A stretch of DNA of 64,000 bases from Halorarum halobium (GTDB lineage Archaea > Halobacteriota > Halobacteria > Halobacteriales > Haloferacaceae): contig NZ_CP134949.1 of the NCBI RefSeq assembly GCF_032116555.1, forward strand, positions 2,542,001 to 2,606,000, in the 5' to 3' direction. Position numbers and translations under genes: made by a program. Positions 50,680 to 60,875 of this stretch are shown here, piece by piece. Numbering within the stretch: the first letter of the stretch is position 1; every line of letters starts with the position of its first letter. The notes beneath the pieces are model-generated. The model saw only the letters and a program-made list of their open reading frames with translations, was not told where the DNA came from and ran no database searches.

Positions 50680-52065
50680 ATGGGACTCAGGTGTCTGCTC
50701 GGCCACGACTTCACGGAGCCGTCGACCGAGCGAGAGCGGGAGGAACGGGGGGACGAGGTCATCACTACCATCAGGGAGGTGAAAGAGTGCCGACGCTGTG
50801 GCGAGACCCAGGTCGTCTCCGAGAACACGGAGGTCACGTCGATGGGTGGGGCCGCCGGCGGCGCCGACGCAGGCTCGTGGCAGGCGGGCGCGAGCGCCAC
50901 GGCGGCCGGAACCTCGGACGCCACGGACGGGACCGGCGACGCCGGGAACGTCATCGACGAGGCCGAATCCGCAGGCGGGGACGCAACCGGGACTGCCGCC
51001 GAACACACGAGCGAGGGGCCGACGGAACCGACGGGAGAATCGACCTCGACGCCGTCGTCGGCGGACGAGGGGTTCGACCATCCGCGGGGCGACCCGGGCG
51101 ACGTCGACCCGTCGGTCGAGGACGACGCCGAGATCATCAGGGACGGTCCCGCCGGCGAGACGCCCCCGAAGTCGGCCGACGGATCGGCGAACCAGTCGAA
51201 TCAGCCCGCCAGGCAGTCGGCCGAGCCGACGGCGGACGAGGAACCCTCCACCGAACGGGGCCACGGCGAGTGGCCCGACTCCGACCGGCCCGCGGCCGAC
51301 ACCCCGTCGGGCCGGGAGTCGGACGAGTCCGCCCCCGGGTGGCCCGATCCGGACGCCAGCGCCGACGCGGCTGCCGATTCGCAGGCCGAGGGGCGCGACG
51401 TGGAGGACGCGGCGGCATCGGAGGCGCGCTCGGGCGTGGCTTCCGACACGGAACGGCAGGCCGGGGACGCCGGCGCGCCGACCCCTGCGGGCGAGGAGGA
51501 CGCGGAGTTCATCGACGCCGACGAGTCGGAGCCGACGGCCGAATGGCCCGAACAGGCGGGCGAGGACGAGGGGTTCGACGCCGAGGTCAGCGACGGGCGA
51601 CCGGACGAGAACGTCACCGTGGACGGCAACCTCACCCCGCGGGTCGACCCGAACGCCGAGGTCGACGACGACGCGGAGTTCATCGAAGCGTCCTCCGACG
51701 CGACCGGATCGTCCGACGGGCGACCGCGCGAGGATGGGGTCGGCCGCTCGGCCGGCGAGCCCGAAACGAACGGGGCCGCGGGCTCGGCGAACGCGGCCGA
51801 CCGATCCGGACCGGCCGGGGGTGCCGGCCAGTCCCCCGGTTCCCCGACGTCGACGCCCGAACACGCCAAGAACGGGGGCGGCGCGACGGGCGAGCGGTCG
51901 GGGCCGACCCACGACGTCGAACTCCGGACGACCGTCGACGACCGGGCCAGGGAGTACCGCTGTCCCGAGTGCGGCAAGCGCGAGCCGGTCGGCGCCTCCT
52001 CGATGCGCGCGGGCGACATCTGTCCCGAGTGCAAGCGCGGCTACATCGAGGAGCACGAACTGTAA
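50680..52065 (+). CDS. Acidic disordered protein with terminal zinc-ribbon motifs
   Basis: N-term CLLGH...CRRCG; C-term CPECG...CPECK; low-complexity D/E/A/G/S linker. Confidence 0.85.
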   Translation: MGLRCLLGHDFTEPSTEREREERGDEVITTIREVKECRRCGETQVVSENTEVTSMGGAAGGADAGSWQAGASATAAGTSDATDGTGDAGNVIDEAESAGGDATGTAAEHTSEGPTEPTGESTSTPSSADEGFDHPRGDPGDVDPSVEDDAEIIRDGPAGETPPKSADGSANQSNQPARQSAEPTADEEPSTERGHGEWPDSDRPAADTPSGRESDESAPGWPDPDASADAAADSQAEGRDVEDAAASEARSGVASDTERQAGDAGAPTPAGEEDAEFIDADESEPTAEWPEQAGEDEGFDAEVSDGRPDENVTVDGNLTPRVDPNAEVDDDAEFIEASSDATGSSDGRPREDGVGRSAGEPETNGAAGSANAADRSGPAGGAGQSPGSPTSTPEHAKNGGGATGERSGPTHDVELRTTVDDRAREYRCPECGKREPVGASSMRAGDICPECKRGYIEEHEL

Positions 52066-52200
52066 CGGCCGGGCGACCACGGACGGTCGACGATTCTCGT
52101 GTTCGGTCCACGACCGACGAGTCTCGACTCCGGCGCGTCAGGTCCCTCTCGCCGGGCGTCTGACGAAACTCGTTTAGGGCCCCCTGCCGAATCCCCGTCC

Positions 52201-52584
52201 ATGAAGGAGTACAAGATGCGACGGGGGGAACACCTCGAAGACCGGATGCCGGACCTGAAAGCCGAGATCGAAGAGCGATTCGGCACCGTCTCGGGCACCG
52301 ACGAGTTCAACGGTCACGAGCTGTACGTCGTCGAGGACCCGGACAACCCGGTGTTCGAGCGCGTCGTCGCCGGCCCGGCCGCCTACTCGGGGAAGAAGGA
52401 CAAGCTCGCGGTCCACTTCGAGGAGCGGCCGGCCGAGGACGTCATCGCCGAGGGCAACGCCGACGCCGCCGCGGACGCGGTGGACGCCAAGAACTCCTTC
52501 CTGCTCGACGCGACGGGCCGGGACGCGAAGTCCCGCCGCGACTCGCTGAAGCGCGAGGTCGAGGACGACGCGCCCGACTACTGA
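52201..52584 (+). CDS. Conserved archaeal protein (DUF5611-like)
   Basis: MKEYKMRRGEHL...FLLDATGRDAKSRR. Confidence 0.85.
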   Translation: MKEYKMRRGEHLEDRMPDLKAEIEERFGTVSGTDEFNGHELYVVEDPDNPVFERVVAGPAAYSGKKDKLAVHFEERPAEDVIAEGNADAAADAVDAKNSFLLDATGRDAKSRRDSLKREVEDDAPDY

Positions 52585-52652
52585 TTCCTCGGTGAGTTTT
52601 CGGTTCCCGATCCGCCCATCCTCGATACCGTCACAGGTGACGTGACGACCGT

Positions 52653-52905
52653 CTCGAAAGCCTCCACGGGCATCGACTCGTGCGGCCGCTGTCGTTCGAG
52701 AATCGAAGCCTCACGTGCTGCTGTCGGATTTCGGCCGAACCCGACTGCTGACCGGAAACGGGTGGTCTCCGTACCGACGAAAAACGTTCACATCTTCGAA
52801 CCACGCGCCTCGGGCGCTCGCTTCGCTCGCGCCCTGCGTTGCTGTGGCGCCCGTCTCTCCTACGCGTTCGCTCGCCCCTCCGGGGCTCGCCGTCGCGCGG
52901 GCCAC
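52653..52905. repeat. Degenerate REP-like palindromic element(s) (copy D)
   Basis: tcgaaagcctcc start; hairpin gggcgctcgcttcgctcgcgccc related to core of copies A/C. Confidence 0.45.
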
Positions 52906-53075
52906 CGCCATCGGTCCCTGCTCGACCCACGACGACCGGCCGGCGCGGCCGATTTCCCCCGACACTCGGCCACGAACCACCCCAAAGCTGACCACTCCGG
53001 CCGGAACTCCCGCCGGAGTCCGACAGTTCGATGGAAAGGGATATGGGCCGAAGCCGACCACGTTCCACCAAGAGA

Positions 53076-55778
53076 ATGTCCGACGAGGGATACGACCACG
53101 CCGCGGTCGAGCGACGCTGGCAGGCGGCGTGGGACGAGGCCGACGCGTATCGGACGCCCGACGAGGTCGAAGACCCCACCTACGTCCTGGGGATGTACCC
53201 GTACCCGTCCGGCCAGCTTCACATGGGCCACGTCCGCAACTACACCATCACGGACGCGTACGCCCGGTTCCGCAGAATGCGCGGCGACGAGGTGCTCCAC
53301 CCGATGGGGTGGGACGCGTTCGGCCTGCCCGCCGAGAACGCCGCCAAGGAGCGCGACACGAACCCCCGCGACTGGACGGTCGACTGCATCGAGACGATGA
53401 AGGGCCAGATGGAGTCGATGGGCTTCGGCTACGACTGGGACCGGGAGGTCACCACCTGCACGCCCGAGTACTACCGCTGGAACCAGTGGCTGTTCCGCCG
53501 CTTCCACGAGGAGGGCCTGGTCGCGCGGGAGGCCGCCGAGGTGAACTGGTGTCCCACCTGCGAGACCGTGCTGGCCGACGAGCAGGTCGAGGGTGGCGAC
53601 GCCGAGGGCCCCGGCGCACACGGGAACTGCTGGCGCTGTGGCACGGCCGTCCAGCGCCGCGAACTGGAGCAGTGGTTCCTGAAGATCACCGAGTACGCCG
53701 ACGAACTGCTGGAGGACATCGACGACCTGGAGGGATGGCCCGACAGCGTCCGCCAGATGCAGCGCAACTGGATCGGCCGCCAGGAGGGCTCGCGCGTCTC
53801 GTTCGGCGTCGAGGGCCACGGCCCCGTCGAGGCGTTCACCACCCGCCTGGACACGATCTTCGGCGCGACGTTCTTCGCGCTGGCACCCGACCACCCCATC
53901 TCCGAGGAACTGGCCGCCGAGGACGACGACGTCCGCCGGTTCATCGAGGAGGAGGCCGACCCCGACGGCGACGAGCCGAACGGCGTCCGCACCGACCTGA
54001 CCGCGACCAACCCCGCGACCGGCGAGGCGGTCCCCGTGTTCGTGGCGGACTTCGTCCTCTCGGACGTCGGCACGGGCGCGCTGATGGGCGTGCCCGGCCA
54101 CGACGACCGCGACCACGCGTTCGCCTCGTCGATGGGCGTCGACGTCGTGCCGGTCGTCGCGCCGAAGCCGTCCGACGGCAAAGCCCCGGAAGCACCCGAC
54201 GTGAGCGAGTCGGCGTTCACCGACGACGGCGTGCTGGTGAACAGCGGCGACTACGACGGTCTGCCCTCGGCCAAGGCGCGCGAGGAACTGACCGCCGACG
54301 TCGACTCCGCCGAGTTCCACACCCAGTACCGGCTGCGCGACTGGGGCATCTCCCGGCAGCGCTACTGGGGCACTCCCATCCCGGTGGTCAACTGCGAGGA
54401 GTGCGGCCCGGTGCTGGTGCCCGACGAGGACCTGCCGGTCGAACTGCCCGAGTTCATCAACACGACCGGGAACCCGCTGGACGCCGCCGAGGCGTGGAAG
54501 CACGTCGCGTGCCCGGAGTGTGGCGGCGACGCCGTCCGCGAGACGGACACGATGGACACGTTCGTCGACTCCTCGTGGTACTTCCTGCGCTACGTCTCGC
54601 CCGACCTGGAGACGGCGCCGTTCGACGTCGAGCGCGCGAACGACTGGATGCCAGTCGAGCAGTACGTCGGCGGCATCGAGCACGCCGTGATGCACCTGCT
54701 GTACTCGCGGTTCGTCACGAAGGTCGTCGCGGACATGGACATGCTGGAGCACCGCGAACCGTTCGAGAACCTGCTGGCCCAGGGGATGGTCCAGCTGGAG
54801 GGCGAGAAGATGTCGAAGTCGAAGGGCAACACCGTCTCCCCCCAGCGCATCGTCGAGGAGTACGGCGCCGACACCGCCCGCCTGTTCATCATGCAGGCCG
54901 CCCAGCCCGAGCGCGCGTTCGACTGGTCCGAGGAGGGCGTCCGCTCGACGTACCGCTTCCTGACCCGGCTGACCGAGCTGACGTCGTGGTTCGCCGACGG
55001 GCCCGGCGGCGGAGCCGGGAGCGGAAACGGCGCCGACGACCCGGTCGCGGCGTACGTCCGGAGCGAGGCGGACGCGACCGTCGCCGTCGCCACCGAGGAC
55101 TACGATGACCTGACGTTCAACACCGCGTTGCGGGAGGCGCAGGGACTGGTCGGCACGCTCCGGTCCTACCGCGAGTACGCCGGCGAGCGCGGCGAGCCGG
55201 TCCACGCGGACACCTTCGAGCGGGCGCTGACGACGGCCGTGAAGCTGCTGGCGCCCGTCGCGCCCCACGTCGCCGAGGAGCTGTACGACGACCTGGGCGG
55301 CGACGGCTTCGTCGTCGACGCCGACTGGCCCGAACCCGCGGGCGAGGTGGAGGACGCCGACGAGCGCCGTCGCCTGGTGGAGAACACCCGCGAGGACGTC
55401 CGTCAGATCGTCGACGTCGCGGACATCACCGACCCGGAGCGCATCGACGTCGTGATCGCCCCCGAGTGGAAGCACCGCGCGCTGGAGATCGCCCTGGAGA
55501 GCGACGCGCCGAACCTGATCTCGGAGCTCATGCAGGAGGACGAAATTCGGGAGCAGGGCGACGCTGCGGCCTCATACGGCCAGGACCTGCAGGCGGAGCG
55601 CGAGGCGCTGCGGCCCGCGATGGTGCCCGACCGAGAGTACGAGTCGCTTGAGGAGGCGGCCTGGTTGATCGAGCGCGAGTTCGACGCGCCGGTCCGCGTC
55701 CTGCGCGCCGGGGAGGTGGCGGACGACCTGGCGAACGAGGCGGACCCGGGCCGGCCGGCCATCGACATCGAGGAGTAG
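53076..55778 (+). CDS. leuS: Leucine--tRNA ligase (bacterial type)
   Basis: PYPSGQLHMGH, GWDAFGLPAENAA, SRQRYWG, KMSKS. Confidence 0.97.
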   Translation: MSDEGYDHAAVERRWQAAWDEADAYRTPDEVEDPTYVLGMYPYPSGQLHMGHVRNYTITDAYARFRRMRGDEVLHPMGWDAFGLPAENAAKERDTNPRDWTVDCIETMKGQMESMGFGYDWDREVTTCTPEYYRWNQWLFRRFHEEGLVAREAAEVNWCPTCETVLADEQVEGGDAEGPGAHGNCWRCGTAVQRRELEQWFLKITEYADELLEDIDDLEGWPDSVRQMQRNWIGRQEGSRVSFGVEGHGPVEAFTTRLDTIFGATFFALAPDHPISEELAAEDDDVRRFIEEEADPDGDEPNGVRTDLTATNPATGEAVPVFVADFVLSDVGTGALMGVPGHDDRDHAFASSMGVDVVPVVAPKPSDGKAPEAPDVSESAFTDDGVLVNSGDYDGLPSAKAREELTADVDSAEFHTQYRLRDWGISRQRYWGTPIPVVNCEECGPVLVPDEDLPVELPEFINTTGNPLDAAEAWKHVACPECGGDAVRETDTMDTFVDSSWYFLRYVSPDLETAPFDVERANDWMPVEQYVGGIEHAVMHLLYSRFVTKVVADMDMLEHREPFENLLAQGMVQLEGEKMSKSKGNTVSPQRIVEEYGADTARLFIMQAAQPERAFDWSEEGVRSTYRFLTRLTELTSWFADGPGGGAGSGNGADDPVAAYVRSEADATVAVATEDYDDLTFNTALREAQGLVGTLRSYREYAGERGEPVHADTFERALTTAVKLLAPVAPHVAEELYDDLGGDGFVVDADWPEPAGEVEDADERRRLVENTREDVRQIVDVADITDPERIDVVIAPEWKHRALEIALESDAPNLISELMQEDEIREQGDAAASYGQDLQAEREALRPAMVPDREYESLEEAAWLIEREFDAPVRVLRAGEVADDLANEADPGRPAIDIEE

Positions 55779-56016
55779 CGGCCCGTCGCGAGCGAGCGGG
55801 CGGAGCAGTCTGCGGAAAACGGGCGTCAAAACGGTCGAAACCGTGACGTTCGAGGGGGTCACCCTCGACGTTGCCCCGCCCAAGCGCGGCGGCGACCTGC
55901 CGGCGGGGTGGCGCGAGGCGGTCGCGCGGGCCGCCGATGGGGTGTGATTCGGCCGAACCGGGTCCTGCCGGTGCCGGACCGGCCGACGCCAACCGGCGTC
56001 GGTCGGGTCGTCCCGC

Positions 56017-56457
56017 CTACTCCACGTCGATGTGGTGGTCCTCGCCCTCCTCCTCCTCGACGTGAACCCGCGGGAGGGTGACGGTGAGCACGCCGTTCGT
56101 GAACGTCGCGCTCGCGTCGTCCTCGCGGACCTCGTCGGGAAGGCGGATGCGCCGGTGGACGGACTCGGCGCGGCGCTCGCGACGTACCCAGGCGTCCTCC
56201 CCGCCACGCTCGTCCGCCTCGATCTCACGCTCGGCGGCGATGCCCAGCGTGTCACCGCGCACGGTCAGGTCGATGTCCTCCTTCTCGAACCCGGGGAGGT
56301 CGACCACGACGACGAGTTCGTCGTCGTACTCGGCGACGTCGACGGCGGGGCCCTCGATGCAGGCCATCGGGTCGAAGCCGCCCCACGTCTGGTCGAACTG
56401 GCGGGACATTCGGTCGAACATTCGGTTCATGTCGTCGAAGGGGGTCATGCGAGTCAT
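56017..56457 (-). CDS. Hsp20 small heat-shock protein
   Basis: VDLPGFEKEDI, FTNGVLTVTLP. Confidence 0.93.
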   Translation of the reverse strand: MTRMTPFDDMNRMFDRMSRQFDQTWGGFDPMACIEGPAVDVAEYDDELVVVVDLPGFEKEDIDLTVRGDTLGIAAEREIEADERGGEDAWVRRERRAESVHRRIRLPDEVREDDASATFTNGVLTVTLPRVHVEEEEGEDHHIDVE

Positions 56458-56614
56458 CGTCGTTTCACCGGTCCAATAGAGGGTCGCCGAGGTATTAACC
56501 GTAGCTGGACGTTAGATAGCCAATCGCACGGCTCGTGGCCGCTATCCGTCTTTGAGACCACCTGAGTCGACTCGGAAAACTGCCCGTAACTCGGCCGGCC
56601 CGTGGCGAGCGCCG

Positions 56615-57061
56615 TTACGCCACGTCGATCCGCGTGCCGCCGTCCCCGTCGCCGGTTTCCTTCGGGAACGTGACGGTGAGCACGCCGCTGGTGTACTCCG
56701 CGTCGGCGTCCTCCTCCACTACGTCCTCCGGAAGGCGCAGTCGGCGGGTGACGCGGCTCCGCGTGCGTTCCCGGCGGTGGTAGCGTCGCTCGTCGGCCTC
56801 GTCGCTCTCCTCGCGCTCCTCCTCCCGCTCCGCCGAGAGGGTGAGTTCCCGGCCCGCGACGGTCACGTCGATCTCGTCGGTCTCGAACCCGGGCAGGTCG
56901 GCGACGACGACGACCTCGTCGTCCGTCTCGGCAACGTCGACGTCGACGTCGCCGACGAACTCGCCCTCGAACTGGCGGCTCAGCTCCTCCAGTTCCTCGT
57001 TCATCCGGTCGAACACGCTCTCGATGTCCTCGAACGCGTCGAAGGGGCTGCGTCGGGGCAT
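56615..57061 (-). CDS. Hsp20 small heat-shock protein (tandem paralog)
   Basis: ADLPGF, YTSGVLTVTFPK. Confidence 0.93.
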   Translation of the reverse strand: MPRRSPFDAFEDIESVFDRMNEELEELSRQFEGEFVGDVDVDVAETDDEVVVVADLPGFETDEIDVTVAGRELTLSAEREEEREESDEADERRYHRRERTRSRVTRRLRLPEDVVEEDADAEYTSGVLTVTFPKETGDGDGGTRIDVA

Positions 57062-57170
57062 ACCCCATCTCGGCCGCGATTCCTCTTGAATCTTGTCGCA
57101 ACCGGTGGGACGGATTGGGGCGGGGGAAAGCCCGAACGGCCGGTCATCGGCTCCGCCCCCGTCCGCCCCG

Positions 57171-57270
57171 CGTCCGCCTACTCCACGACGCGTCAGCTAC
57201 TCTACGATGCGTCCGTCTATTCCACGACGCGTCCACACTACCCGACGATATGTCCGCCTACTCCACCACG
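57171..57270. repeat. Degenerate ~20-bp tandem repeat x5 including the pheA stop codon
   Basis: cgtccgcctactccacgacg / cgtcagctactctacgatg / cgtccgtctattccacgacg / cgtccacactacccgacgata / tgtccgcctactccaccacg. Confidence 0.85.
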
Positions 57271-58079
57271 TGCTCGGTGTCGTACGAGCCCAGCACCCGG
57301 ACCCAGCCGTTCGAGGCAAGCTCCTCCACGTCGGCCAGCGCCGCCCGGGTGCGCTCCTCGTAGAGGCCCGCCTCGAAGTCGACGTGGAAGAGGTAGTCGC
57401 CGAGTCGGTCGCCGCTCGGCCGCGACTCGATGCGCGTGAGGTTGATGTCCCGATCCGCGAACGCCGACAGCAGTTCCAGCAGGAGTCCGGGGTAGTTCGC
57501 GCTCGGGTACACGACGATGGAGGTCTTTCCGCCCGCATCCGTGCGTTCCGACGCCGGCGCGATGACGAGGAACCGGGTCGCGTTCGACGAGCGGTCCTGG
57601 ATGTCCTCGGCCAGCAGCTCCAGGGCCACCCCACCGTCGTCCGGCTCCGCGGTCGCCGGATGCCCGATCCCCGCCACCGTGGGGTCCTCGCGTGCCCGCT
57701 CGACGCCGCGGGCCGTGGAGGCGACCGCCTCGTGGTCGACGTCGGGGTACTCCCGTTCGAGGAAGTCGCGGCACTGCGCGAGCGCCTGCGAGTGGGACGC
57801 CACCACCGAGAACTCGTCGGACTGGGCGAGCAAGCCGTGTCGGATCGGCGTGACGACCTCGCGGACGACCGCGACCTCGCCCCGGGAGAGCGCGTCGAGG
57901 CTCTCCGAGACGCTGCCCTCGATGCTGTTCTCGACCGGGACGACGCCGCGCTCTGCCTCGCCGTCGGCGACCGCCTCGACGATGGCCGTGACGGACTCGC
58001 GGAACGTCACGTCCTCCGCCACGGACCGGGCCGCACGGTGGGAGTAGGTTCCGGTCGGCCCGAGGGTGACTGCCTGCAT
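57258..58079 (-). CDS. pheA: Prephenate dehydratase
   Basis: LGPTGTYS, PVENSIEGSV, NATRF, LTRIESRP ACT domain. Confidence 0.96.
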   Translation of the reverse strand: MQAVTLGPTGTYSHRAARSVAEDVTFRESVTAIVEAVADGEAERGVVPVENSIEGSVSESLDALSRGEVAVVREVVTPIRHGLLAQSDEFSVVASHSQALAQCRDFLEREYPDVDHEAVASTARGVERAREDPTVAGIGHPATAEPDDGGVALELLAEDIQDRSSNATRFLVIAPASERTDAGGKTSIVVYPSANYPGLLLELLSAFADRDINLTRIESRPSGDRLGDYLFHVDFEAGLYEERTRAALADVEELASNGWVRVLGSYDTEHVVE

Positions 58080-58163
58080 GCCACACGCTGGGCCGGGACC
58101 GCGGATAAACGCTCGGGTGGGACAAATTCTCGCGTGGGGCCTCCCGCGTGGCGGGTCCGGCGA

Positions 58164-58802
58164 CTACCGGTCGGCGCAGTAGTCGACGAAGTTCCGGAGG
58201 ATGCGCAGGCCCGTCTCGCCGCTCTTCTCGGGGTGGAACTGGGTGCCGAACACGTTGCCGGCCTCGTTGGCGACGACGGCGGGGAAGCGGCCGCCGTACT
58301 CACAGCTAGCGACGACGGCCTCGGGGTCCTCCGGTTCGGCGTAGTAGGAGTGAACGAAGTAGGCGTACCCGCCGTCGACGCCGTCGACGACCGGGTGGTC
58401 GCGCTCGACCGTGAGGTCGTTCCAGCCCATGTGGGGGACCGTCTCGACGTCTCGGAAGCGGACGTTCGTTCCCGGAATCAGGTCGAGCCCCTCGACGTCG
58501 CCCTGGCCCGCGCGCTCGGCCTCCTCGCTCGTGGTGAGGAGCATCTGCATGCCGAGACAGATGCCGAACAGCGGGCGGCCCGCTTCGGCGTGCTCGACCA
58601 GCGCGTCGCGGTACGGTCCGGCGTTCTCCATCCCCTCGCGGAACGCGCCGACGCCGGGGAGTACGACGCCGTCGGCGGCGGCGAACGTGGTCGGGTCGTC
58701 CGAGACCGTCACGTCCGCGCCGGCCCGCTCGAGCCCCCTGGTGGCGCTCCGGAGGTTCCCCAGCCCGTAGTCGACGAGCACGATGTCGGCTCGGCTGCTC
58801 AT
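58164..58802 (-). CDS. hisH: Imidazole glycerol phosphate synthase glutaminase subunit
   Basis: DYGLGNL, LPGVGAF, GICLGMQ, QFHPEKS. Confidence 0.97.
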   Translation of the reverse strand: MSSRADIVLVDYGLGNLRSATRGLERAGADVTVSDDPTTFAAADGVVLPGVGAFREGMENAGPYRDALVEHAEAGRPLFGICLGMQMLLTTSEEAERAGQGDVEGLDLIPGTNVRFRDVETVPHMGWNDLTVERDHPVVDGVDGGYAYFVHSYYAEPEDPEAVVASCEYGGRFPAVVANEAGNVFGTQFHPEKSGETGLRILRNFVDYCADR

Positions 58803-58912
58803 GGGGAGCCGTTGCCGGCGGGAGGATAAGTAGTCGTCCGTTGCGGCACCGGTTCGCGGCCCGTCCGGCGCTTCCGCGTCGCCGCGACCGGGCACGTCCC
58901 CCGGTCGTCCGA

Positions 58913-59260
58913 TCAGAACCGGTCCCGAAGCTCCGCCCGCAGGTCCGCCACGTCGAGGTCCTTCATCGAGAGCAGCACGAGCAGGTGATAGACGAGGTCG
59001 GCGCTCTCGGCGAGCAGTTCCTCGTCGTCGTCGTCCGTCGCCGCGAGGATGGTCTCGGTGGCCTCCTCGCCGAGCTTCTCGAGCACCTCGTTCTCGCCCT
59101 TCTCGTGGGTGAACAGCGACGCCGTGTAGGAGTCCTTCGGGAGGTCGGCCTTGCGCGACTCGATGGTCGCGAACAGGTCGTCGAGGACCGCCTTCGTGTC
59201 CGTGGGGGTCGCCCCGTCCGACCCGCCCCCGTCCACGGAAGGGTCCGTCCGGTCGCTCAT
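58913..59260 (-). CDS. hisE: Phosphoribosyl-ATP diphosphatase
   Basis: SYTASL, KLGEEATE, ESADLVYH; ATGA overlap with pdxT. Confidence 0.94.
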   Translation of the reverse strand: MSDRTDPSVDGGGSDGATPTDTKAVLDDLFATIESRKADLPKDSYTASLFTHEKGENEVLEKLGEEATETILAATDDDDEELLAESADLVYHLLVLLSMKDLDVADLRAELRDRF

Positions 59261-59874
59261 TCGGCCACCTCGACGTCCGCGTCCGGCGCGACCGCCTTCG
59301 CCGGGAAGAACGTGAGGTCGTGGATGCGCGCGTCGTCGGTCAGTTCCGGGTGGAAGGAGGTGCCGACGACCGGGCCCTGCTTCACGGCGACCGGGTCGCC
59401 GTCCCACTCGGCCAGCACGTCGACATCGCCACCCACTTCGTCGATGACCGGCGCGCGGATGAACACGGCCGGGAACGGCTCGGTCAGTCCGTCGACGTCG
59501 AGTCCGGCCTCGAAGGAGTCCGCCTGTCGGCCGAACGCGTTCCGGTCGACGGTCACGTCGAGCAGGTCGAGCGTGTCGACCCTGTCGTCCTTCGCGTCGC
59601 GCGAGGCGACGATGAGCCCCGCACAGGTCGCCAGCACGGGCTCGCCCTCGCGGACGTGGCGGACGAGTTCCTCGTCGATTCCCTCCTCGCGGAGCAGCCG
59701 CGAGATGGTGGTCGATTCACCGCCCGGCAGCAGGATGACGTCGCAGTCGGGGACGAGTCCCGCCTCGCGGATCTCGACGACCTCGGCGTCGATCCCGTGG
59801 CTCGCCGCGGCGCGGCGGACCGCGTCGGCGTGCTCGGAGACGTCTCCCTGGACGGCGATGACGCCGGCTCTCAT
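59257..59874 (-). CDS. pdxT: PLP synthase glutaminase subunit
   Basis: AVQGDVSEH, PGGEST, TCAG, RNAFGRQ, FHPE. Confidence 0.95.
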   Translation of the reverse strand: MRAGVIAVQGDVSEHADAVRRAAASHGIDAEVVEIREAGLVPDCDVILLPGGESTTISRLLREEGIDEELVRHVREGEPVLATCAGLIVASRDAKDDRVDTLDLLDVTVDRNAFGRQADSFEAGLDVDGLTEPFPAVFIRAPVIDEVGGDVDVLAEWDGDPVAVKQGPVVGTSFHPELTDDARIHDLTFFPAKAVAPDADVEVAE

Positions 59875-59952
59875 GGGTGGAAGTCGGCGCGTTGGGCGGG
59901 AAAAGCTATCGTTCGTGTGGGAGCGGCTGACCCGGCGGGTGCGGGACGCGAG

Positions 59953-60114
59953 TCAGTACGCGAAGTTCAGGAGGATGATCATGATGCCGAAGAGGACGCC
60001 GAACGCGACCACGGTCTTCGGGTCGATTCGGATCGCGTTCCGGTCCTCGGCGTCGAAGTAGCGGACGAGCCCCGCACTGGACATGAGCCCGCCGCTGTTC
60101 TGTCCGCTGCTCAT
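59953..60114 (-). CDS. secG: Preprotein translocase subunit Sec61beta
   Basis: [15 protein letters not shown]...IDPKTVV + one TM. Confidence 0.92.
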   Translation of the reverse strand: MSSGQNSGGLMSSAGLVRYFDAEDRNAIRIDPKTVVAFGVLFGIMIILLNFAY

Positions 60115-60244
60115 GTCCACACCGTTGCGGCTGGTCCGCCTAAGCCTTTCGACTCGGCCGACCGGCCGGACGCGGACGGCGCCGGCCGGAGAAACGTCCG
60201 GGTGAGTAACCCTTATGCGCGGCCCGCCGAAAGTCGGGGTCGTC

Positions 60245-60511
60245 ATGAGCGTCCGACTCAAGGACTTCTACGCGGACTGGTGTGGCCCGTGCAAGACGCA
60301 GGACCCGATCCTCGAGGAGCTCGAAAGCGAGTATCCGGATGTGAGCTTCGAGAAGGTCGACGTCGAGGAGAACCAGGACGTCGCGAACCAGTATCAGGTC
60401 CGCTCGCTCCCGACGCTCGTCGTCGAGAACGACGACGGCGTCGTGGAGCGGTTCGTCGGCGTCACCCAGCGCGAGGACATCGAGGACGCGCTCTCCTCGG
60501 CCAACGCCTGA
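60245..60511 (+). CDS. trxA: Thioredoxin
   Basis: [11 protein letters not shown]. Confidence 0.95.
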   Translation: MSVRLKDFYADWCGPCKTQDPILEELESEYPDVSFEKVDVEENQDVANQYQVRSLPTLVVENDDGVVERFVGVTQREDIEDALSSANA

Positions 60512-60725
60512 TTCCTTTTCGGTAGGCATTCCGGGGTAGCTCGTGTCTCTGGAAGCGCTAGCTACCCACAGGTGACGACTGCGAGGGCTTTCGAGGCCGT
60601 CGTCGGGCCGGAACGACCTTCCACGCCGGGACGAACACACTGTCTTGATTGGCCGACACCGAGCACCGGGACACGAAATACGCGACTCGCAACCGTTAAC
60701 ACGGGTCCGGCCACTTCACCATAGC

Positions 60726-60875
60726 ATGGCGAAGTTCGAAGCGGCCGAACGCCGCATCCTCGACAAGCAGATCTGCATGCGGTGTAACGCTCGCAACCCC
60801 CAGCGCGCCGACCGCTGTCGCAAGTGCGGCTACTCCCGGCTCCGACCGAAGGCAAAGGAGCCCCGGACCGCATAA
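60726..60875 (+). CDS. rpl40e: 50S ribosomal protein L40e
   Basis: [12 protein letters not shown]...CRKCG..LRPK. Confidence 0.96.
   Translation: MAKFEAAERRILDKQICMRCNARNPQRADRCRKCGYSRLRPKAKEPRTA

Noticed and set aside
57171..57270. Possible mini-CRISPR array (also 377-464 and 12908-12972)
   Set aside because: Units are contiguous with no unique spacers, and no cas genes are present
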